A stretch of DNA of 64,000 nt from Camelus dromedarius (lineage: Eukaryota). Of this stretch, positions 55,982-64,000 are shown piece after piece. Made by a program: the position numbers and the translations under genes. The stretch is from positions 1,488,001 through 1,552,000 of the forward strand of contig NC_087436.1 in the NCBI RefSeq assembly GCF_036321535.1, in the 5' to 3' direction. A model generated the notes under the pieces. That model was not told the DNA's origin. It worked only from the letters and a program-made list of their open reading frames with translations, and searched no databases. The first letter of the stretch is position 1. The number at the start of each line of letters is the position of its first letter.

Positions 55982-58900
55982 GCCGGTTTGAAGTTCCTGC
56001 AGTTTTCACTGTAAAACAGAGTTATAGCTAGTACCTCCCCATATATATGTATGGATTGGAGTTTGCAACTGAAAGAAACTTTGTGATCCGAACAAGCTAG
56101 GTGTAGGACGGCTTTCACACACACTTATCTGTCAGAACTGAGCATGTGGAGAGACGTTCGTTCATCTAGCACAAAGGGAACGGGTTGCAGGAGAAACTTT
56201 AACTCTGGTTTCTCATTCTGTTCCCTAGTGCCGGTTTGAACTTCCTTCAGGTTTACCTGTAAATCATATTTGGAACTGTACCTACGCATATATATGTATG
56301 GAGTGGAATTTGCAACTGAAAATAAACTTTGTGTTCAGTACAAGCTAGTTTAAGGGAGGCAATCACACACACAAATCTCTCAGAACTGAGCATGTGGAGA
56401 GACTTTCGTTCATCTAGCACAAAGGGAAAGGGTTGCAGGAAAAACTTTTACTGTGGTATCTCAGTGTGTTTCCTACTGCCGGTTTGAAGTTCCTGCAGAT
56501 TTCACTGTAAAACCGAGTTGGGGCTCGTACCTCCCCATATATATGTATGGAGTGGAGTTTGAAACTGAAAAGAAACTTTGTGTTCCCAACAAGCTGGGTG
56601 AAGGCGGCTTTCACACACACTTATCTCTCAGAACTGAGCATGTGGAGAGACTTTGGTTCATCTAGCACAAAGGGAAAGGGTTGCAGGAGAAACTTTTACT
56701 GTGGTATCTCAGTGTGTTTCCTACTGCCGGTTTGAAGTTCCTGCAGATTTCACTGTAAAACCGAGTTGGAGCTAGTACCTACCCATATATATGTATGGAG
56801 TGGAGTTTGCAAATGAAAAGAAACTTTGTGTTCCCAACAAGCTAGGTGAAGGCGGCTTTCACACACACTTATATCTCAGAACTGAGCATGTGGAGAGACG
56901 TTCGTTCATCTAGCACAAATGGAACGTGTTGCAAGAGAAACTTTTACTTTGGTTTCTCAGTCTGTTTCCTATTACCGGTTTGAATTTCCTGCAGTTTTCA
57001 CTGTAAAACAGATTTCTAGCTTGTACCACCCCATATATATTTATGGAGTGGATTTTGCAACTGAAAAGAAACTTTGTGTTCAGTACAAGCCAGGTGAAGG
57101 ACGGCTTTCACACACAATTATCTTTCAGAACTTAGCATGTGGAGAGACGTTCATTCATCTAGCAGAAAGGGAAAGGGTTGCAGGAGAAACTTTTACTCTG
57201 GTTTCTCAGTCTGTTTCCTACTGCCGGTTTGAAGTTCCTGCAGTTTTCACTGTAAAAGAGATTTGAAGTTAGAACCTCCCCATATATATGTATGGAGTGG
57301 AGTTTGCAACTGAAAAGAAACTTTGTGTTCCCAACTAGCTATGTGAAGAACGGCTTTCACACACACTTATCTCTCAGAACTGAGCATGTGGAGAGACGTT
57401 CGTTCATCTAGCACAAAGGGAACGGGTTGCAGGGGAAACTTTTACTCTGGTTTTTCAGGCTGTTTCCTAGTGCCGGTTTGAAGTTCCTGCAGTTTTCACT
57501 GTAAAAGCGAGTTGGAGTTAGTAACTCCCCATATATATGTATGGATTGGACTTTGCAACTGAAAAGAATCTTTGTGTTCCCAACAAGCTAGTTGAAGGAC
57601 GGCTTTCACACACACTTATCTCTCAGAACTGAGCATGTGGAGAGACGATCGATCATCTAGCACAAATGGAACGGATTGCAGGATAAACTTTTACTCTGGT
57701 TTCTCAGTCTGTTTCCTACTGCCTGTTTGAATTTCCTGCAGTTTTCACTGTAAAACCGAGTTGGAGCTAGTACCTACCCATATATATGTATGGAGTGGAG
57801 TTTGCAACTGAAAAGAGACTTTGTGTTCCCAACAAGCTAGTTGAAGGACGGCTTTCACACACACTTATCTCTCACAACTGAGCATGTGGAGATACGTTCG
57901 TTCATCTAGCACAAAGGGAAAGGGTTGCAGGAGTAACTTTTACTCTGGTTTCTCAGTCTGGTTCCTACTGCCGGTTTGAAGTTCTTGCAGTTTTCACTGT
58001 AAAACCGAGTTGGAGCTAGTACCTCCCCATATATATGTATGGAGTGGAATTTGCAACTGAAAAGAAACTTTGTGTTCAGTACAAGCTAGGTGAAGGACGG
58101 CTTTCACACACACTTATCTCTCAGATTTGAGCATGTGGAGAGACGTTCGTTCATCTAGCACAAATGGAATGGGTTGCAGCTGAAACTTTTACTCAGGATT
58201 CTCAGTCTGTTTCCTAGTGCCGGTTTGATGTTCCTGCATTTTTCACTGTAAAACAGAGTTGGAGCTATTACCTCCCCATATATATGTATGGAGTGGAGTT
58301 TGCAACTGAAAAGATACTTTGTGTTCAGAAAAATCTAGGTGAAGTAAGGCATTCACACGCATTTATCTCTGAGAACTGAGCATGTGGAGAGACGTACGTT
58401 CATCTAGCACAAAGGGAAAGGGTTGGAGGTGAAACTTTTTCTCTGATTTCTCAGTCTGTTTCCTAGTGCCGGTTTGAAGTTCTAGCAGTTTTCACTGTAA
58501 ATCCGAGTTGGTGATAGTACCTCCCCATATATATGTATGGAGTGGAGTTTGCAACTGAAAAGAAACTTTGTATTCCCAACAAGCTAGGTGAAGGACGGAT
58601 TTCACACACAATTATCTCTCAGAACTGAGCATGTGGAGTGACGTTCGTTCATCTAGCACAAAGGGAAATGTTTGCAGGAGAAACTTTTACTCTGGTTTCT
58701 CAGTCTGTTTCCTACTGCCGGTTTGAAGTTCCTGCAGTTTTCACTGTAAAACCGATTTGGAGCTAGTACCTCCCCATATATATGTATGGAGTGGAGTTTT
58801 CAAGTGAAAAGAAACATTGTGTTCCCAACAAGCTAAGGGAAGGACGGCTTTCACACACAATTATCTCTCAGAACTGAGCATGTGGAGAGACGTTCGTTCA

Positions 58901-61900
58901 TCTAGCACAAAGGGAAAGGGTTACAGGAGAAACTTTTACTCTGGTTTCTCAGTCTGTTTCCTAGTGCCTGTTTGAATTTCCAGCAGTTTTTAGGGTAAAA
59001 CCGAGTTGGAGCATGTATTTCCCCATATATATGTATGGTGTGGAGTTAGCAAGTGAAAAGTAACTTTGTGTTCCCAAAAAGCTAGGTGAAGGACGGCTTT
59101 CACTCACACTTATCTCTCAGAACTGAGCATGTGGAGAGACGTTCGTTCATCTAGCACAAAGGGAACGTGTTGCAGGAGAAACTTTTAGTCTGGTATTTCA
59201 GTTGTTTCCTAGTGCCGGTTTGAAGTTCCTGCAGTTTTCACTGTAAAACCGAGTTGGAGCTAGTACCTCCCCATATATATATATGGATTGGAGATTGCAT
59301 CTGAAAAGAAACTTTGTGTTCAGAACAAGCTAGGTGAAGGGCGGCATTCACACACACTTATCTCTCAGAACTGAGCATGTGGAGAGACTTTCGTACATCT
59401 AGCACAAAAGGAACGGGTTGCAGGAGTAACTTTTACTCTGGTTTCTCAGTCTGTTTCCTAGTGCCGGTTTGAAGTTCCAGCAGTTTTCACTGTAAAACAG
59501 AGTTGGTGCTAGTACCTCCCCATATATATGTATGGAGTGGAGTTTGCAACTGAAAAGAAACTTTGTGTTCCCAACAAGCTAGTTTAAGGACGGCTTTCAC
59601 ACACACTTATATCTGAGAACTGAGCATGTGTAGAGATGTTCGTTCATCTAGCAAAAATGGAACGGTTTGCAGGAGAAACTTTTACTCTGGTATCTCAGTC
59701 TGTTTCCTAGTGCCGGTTTGAAGTTATTGCATTTTTTAGTGTAAAACCGATTTTGAGCTAGTACCTCCCCATAAATATATATGGATTGGGGTTTGCAAGT
59801 GAAAAGAAACTTTGTCTTCCCAACAAGCTAAGTGAAGGACGGCTTTCACACACACTTATCTGTCAGAACTGAGCATGTGGAGAGACGTTCGTTCATCTAC
59901 CACAATAGGAACGATTTGCAGAAGAAAGTTTTACTGTGGTTTCTCAGTCTATTTCCTAGTGCTGGTTTGAAGTTCCTACAGTTTTCACTGTAAAAGCGAG
60001 TTGGAGCTAGTACCTACCCATATATATGTATGGATTGGAGTTTGCAACTGAAAAGGATCTTTGTGTTCCCAACCAGCTAGGTGAAGGAAGGATTTCACAC
60101 ACACTTATCTCTCAGAACTGAGCATGTGGAGAGACGTTCGTTCATCTAGCACAAAGGGAAAGGGTTGCACGAGAAAATTTACTCTGGTTTCTCAGTCTGT
60201 TTCCTACTGCCGATTTTAACTTCCTGCACTTTTCACTGTAAAACAGAGTTGGAGCTCGTACCTACCCATATATATGTATGGTGTGGAGTTTGCAAGTGAA
60301 AAGAAACTTTGTGTTCCCAACAAGCTAGGTGAAGGATGGCTTTCACACACACTTATCTCTCAGATCTGAGCATGTGGAGAGACGTTCGTTCATCTAGCAC
60401 AAAGGGAATGGGTTGCAAGAGAAACATTTACTCTGGTTTCTCAGTCTGTTTCCTACTGCCTGTTTGAAGTTCCTGCAGTTTTCACTGTAAAACAGAGTTG
60501 GAGCTGGTACCTCCCCATATATATGTATGGATTGGAGTTTGCAACTGAAAAGAAACTTTGTGTTCCCAGCAAGCTAGGTGAAGGACGGCTTTCACACACA
60601 CTTATCCCTCAGAACTGAGCATGTGGAGAGACGTTCGTTCATCTAGCACAAAGGGAACTGGTTGCAGGTGAAAATTTTACTCTGGTTTCTCAGACTGTTT
60701 CCTACTGCCGGTTTGAAGTTCCTGCAGTTTTCACTGTAAAACCGAGTTGGAGCTAGTACCTCCCCATATATATGTATGGATTGGAGTTCTCAACTGAAAA
60801 GACTTTGTGTTCCCAACAAGCTAGTTGAAGGATGGCTTTCACACACATTAATCTCTCAGAACTGAGCTTGTGGAGAGACGTTCGTTCATCTAGCACAAAA
60901 GGAACGGTTTGCAGGAGAAAATTTTACTCTGGTTTCTCAGTCTGTCTCCTAGTGCCGGTTTGAAGTTCCTGCAGGTTTCACTGTAAAACCGAGTTGGAGC
61001 TAGTACCTCCCCATATATATGTATGGATTGGGGTTTGCAACAGAAAAGAAACATTGTGTTCCCAACAAGCTAGTTGAAGGCGGCTTTCACACACACTTAT
61101 CTCTCAGAACTGAGCATGTGGAGAGACGTTCGTTCATCTAGCACAAAGGGAACGGGTTGCAGGAGAAACTTTTACTGTGGTTTCTCAGTCTGTTTCCTAG
61201 TGCCGGTTTGAACTTCCTGCAGTTTTACCTGTAAAACAGATTTGGAGCTGTCCTTCCCCATATATATGTATGGAGTGGAATTTGCAACTGAAAAGAAACT
61301 TTGTGTTAAGTACAAGCTAGTTGAAGGACGGCTATCACACACACAAATCTCTCAGAACTGAGCATGTGGAGAGACTTTCGTTCATCTAGCACAAAGGGAA
61401 CGGGTTGTAGGAGAAACTTATACTCTGGTATCTCAGTGTGTTTCCTACTGCCGGTTTGAGTTCCTGCAGTGTTCAATGTAAAACCGAGTTGGAGCTCGTA
61501 CCTCCCCATATATATGTATGGAATGGAGTTTGCAAGTGAAAAGATACTTTGTTTTCCCAACAAGCTTGGTGAAAAATGGCTTTCACACTCACCTACCTCT
61601 CAGAACTGAGCATGAGGATAGACGCTCGTTCATCTAGCACAAAGGGAACGGGTTGCAGGAGAAACTTTTACTCTGGTTTCTCAGTGTGTTTCCTACAGCC
61701 GGTTTGAAGTTCCTGCAGTTTTCACTGTAAAACAGAGTTATAGCTAGTACCTCCCCATATATATGTATGGATTGGAGTTTGCAACTGAAAGAAATTTTGT
61801 GATCCCAACAAGCTAGGTGTAGGACGGCTTTCACACACACTTATCTCTCAGAACTGAGCATGTGGAGAGACGTTCGTTCATCTAGCACAAAGGGAATGGA

Positions 61901-64000
61901 TTGCAGGTGAAAATCATACTCTTGTTTCTCAGACTGTTTCCTACTGCCGGTTTGAAGTTCCTGCAGTTTTCACTGTAAAACCGAGTTGGAGCTAGTACCT
62001 CCCCTTATATATGTATGGAGTGGAGTTAGCAACTGAAAATAAACTTTTTGTTCCCATCAAGCTAGGTGAAGGACGGCTTTCACACACACTTATCTCTCAG
62101 AAATGAGCATGTGGAGAGACATTCGTTCATCTAGCACAAAGGGTACGTGTTGCAGGTGAAAACTTTCTCTGGTTTCTCAGTCTGTTTCCTAGTGCCGGTT
62201 TGAAGTTCCTGCAGGTTTCACTGTAAAACCGAGTTGGAGCTAGTACCTCCCCATATATATGTATGGATTGGTGTTTGCAACTGAAAAGAAACATTGTGTA
62301 CCCAACAAGCTAGTTGAAGGCGGCTTTCACACACACTTATCTGTCAGAACTGAGCATGTGGAGAGACGTTCGTTCATCTAGCACAAAGGGAACGGGTTGC
62401 AGGAGAAACTTTTACTCTGGTTTCTCAGTCTGTTCCCTAGTGCCGGTATGAACTTCCTTCAGGTTTACCTGTAAAACATATTTGGAACTGTACCTACGCA
62501 TATATATGTATGGAGTGGAATTTGCAACTGAAAATAAACTTTGTGTTCAGTACAAGCTAGTTTAAGGGAGGCAATCACACACACAAATCTCTCAGAACTG
62601 ACCATGTGGAGAGACTTTCGTTCATCTAGCACAAAGGGAAAGGGTTGCAGGAGAAACTTTTACTGTGGTATCTCAGTGTGTTTCCTACTGCCGGTTTGAA
62701 GTTCCTGCAGATTTCACTGTAAAACCGAGTTGGAGCTCGTACCTCCCCATATATATGTATGGAGTGGAGTTTGAAACTGAAAAGAAACTTTGTGTTCCCA
62801 ACAAGCTAGGTGAAGGCGGCTTTCACACACACTTATCTCTCAGAACTGAGCATGTGGAGAGACTTTGGTTCATCTAGCACAAAGGGAAATGGTTGCAGGA
62901 GAAACTTTTACTGTGGTATCTCAGTGTGTTTCCTACTGCCGGTTTGAAGTTCCTGCAGATTTCACTGTAAAACCGAGTTGGAGCTAGTACCTACCCATAT
63001 ATATGTATGGAGTGGAGTTTGCAAATGAAAAGAAACTTTGTGTTCCCAACAAGCTAGGTGAAGGCGGCTTTCACACACACTTATCTCTCAGAACTGAGCA
63101 TGTGGAGAGACGTTCGTTCATCTAGCACAAAGGGAACGTGTTGCAAGAGAAACTTTTACTTTGGTTTCTCAGTCTGTTTCCTATTACCGGTTTGAATTTC
63201 CTGCAGTTTTCACTGTAAAACCGATTTCTAGCTTGTACCACCCCATATATATTTATGGAGTGGATTTTGCAACTGAAAAGAAACTTTGTGTTCAGTACAA
63301 GACAGGTGAAGGACGGCTTTCACACACAATTATCTTTCAGAACTTAGCATGTGGAGAGACGTTCATTCATCTAGCAGAAAGGGAAAGGGTTGCAGGAGAA
63401 ACTATTAATCTGGTTTCTCAGTCTGTTTCCTACTGCCGGTTTGAAGTTCCTGCAGTTTTCACTGTAAAACCGATTTGGAACTCGTACCTCCCCATATATA
63501 TGTATGGACTGGAATTTGCAAGTGAAAAGAAACTTTGTGTTCCCAACAAGCTAGGTGAAAGATGGCTTTCACACACAATTATCTCTGAGAACTGAGCATG
63601 TGGAGAGACGTTCATTCATCTAACAGAAAGGGAAAGGGTTGCAGGAGAAACTTTTACTCTGGTTTCTCAGTCTATTTCCTACAGCCGGTTTGAAGTTCCT
63701 GCAGTTTTCACTGTAAAAGGGAGTTGAAGCTAGAACCTCCCCATATATATGTATGGAGTGGAGTTTGCAACTGAAAAGAAACTTTGTGTTCCCAACTAGC
63801 TATTTGAAGGACGGCTTTCACACACACTTATCTCTCAGAACTGAGCATGTGGAGAGACGTTCGTTCATCTAGCACAAAGGGAACGGGTTGCAGGTGAAAA
63901 GTTTACTCTGGTTACTCAGACTGTTTCCTACTGCCGGTTTGAAGTTCCTGCAGTTTTCACTGTAAAACCGAGTTGGAGCTAGTACCTCCCCATATATATG
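55982..64000 (+). repeat. Near-identical copy of ~41071-49089 (offset 14,911 bp = 60 monomers)
   Basis: ORF pairs 41007/55918, 41503/56414, 42008/56919, 46395/61306, 46723/61634, 47754/62665 and 48250/63161 all differ by exactly 14,911. Only scattered single-base differences are visible. Confidence 0.96.

Larger units (their letters stand above)
1..64000. repeat. Tandem satellite DNA array, ~249-bp monomer, ~257 head-to-tail copies; runs off both window ends
   Basis: The motif GGGAACGG(G)TTGCAGG recurs at 1, 249, 497, 746 and onward at 248-249-bp spacing through 64000. I saw no non-repeat sequence and no orientation switch. Confidence 0.99.

Noticed and set aside
732..63615. All ORFs in the supplied track (60-144 aa)
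   Set aside because: They are translations of the same monomer on both strands. Because 249 is divisible by 3, frame carries across monomers, so one stop-removing variant (e.g. AACTGAG>AACTTAG) yields 110-144-aa ORFs. Most copies have stops or 1-bp frameshifts, and I recognise no protein family.
1..64000. CRISPR array or other repeat-spacer system
   Set aside because: The entire 249 bp is repeated. There are no unique spacers, leader or cas genes.
1..64000. Tandem RNA gene cluster (5S rRNA, tRNA, snRNA, spliced leader)
   Set aside because: I recognise no such RNA sequence or Pol III internal promoter, and variation is spread across the monomer. An Rfam/Infernal search of the consensus would be decisive.
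1..64000. Primate alpha satellite
   Set aside because: Only short motif echoes are present (AGAAACTT..TGTG, TCTCAGAA, ACAGAGTTGAA). The monomer is 249 bp rather than 171 bp and I see no extended colinear similarity.
1..64000. Canonical CENP-B box
   Set aside because: TTCG and CGGG are 20 nt apart in the consensus instead of 7. I saw no contiguous box, though not every copy was scanned.
1..64000. Transposon insertion, inversion or unique island hidden in the array
   Set aside because: Monomer phase and orientation are maintained throughout. I saw only small indels of about 1-2 bp.

Overview
The whole 64 kb window is one uninterrupted head-to-tail tandem array of a ~249-bp monomer (about 257 copies, all in one orientation; some 247-248-bp deletion variants). 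It looks like eukaryotic satellite DNA, plausibly centromeric or pericentromeric. I cannot identify the family or species from sequence alone. Consensus read by eye: GGGAACGGGTTGCAGGAGAAACTTTTACTCTGGTTTCTCAGTCTGTTTCCTASTGCCGGTTTGAAGTTCCTGCAGTTTTCACTGTAAAACCGAGTTGGAGCTAGTACCTCCCCATATATATGTATGGAGTGGAGTTTGCAACTGAAAAGAAACTTTGTGTTCCCAACAAGCTAGGTGAAGGACGGCTTTCACACACACTTATCTCTCAGAACTGAGCATGTGGAGAGACGTTCGTTCATCTAGCACAAA. I see no genes, RNA genes, transposons, inversions or CRISPR; the listed ORFs are translations of the repeat. The informative signal is higher-order repeat (HOR) structure traced by diagnostic variants: (1) a reconstructable 14-monomer HOR (~5.5-17 kb and ~49-56 kb), apparently built from an older 6-monomer unit; (2) a reconstructable 26-monomer HOR (~31-49 kb and 56-64 kb) present as two alternating subtypes with in-register deletions; (3) a mosaic zone at ~17-31 kb; (4) local 1-, 3- and 6-monomer tandem duplications; (5) a very recent 14,911-bp (60-monomer) duplication whose offset spans both HOR families. 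The monomer is rich in short inverted repeats and has no canonical CENP-B box. All boundaries were read manually and are approximate.
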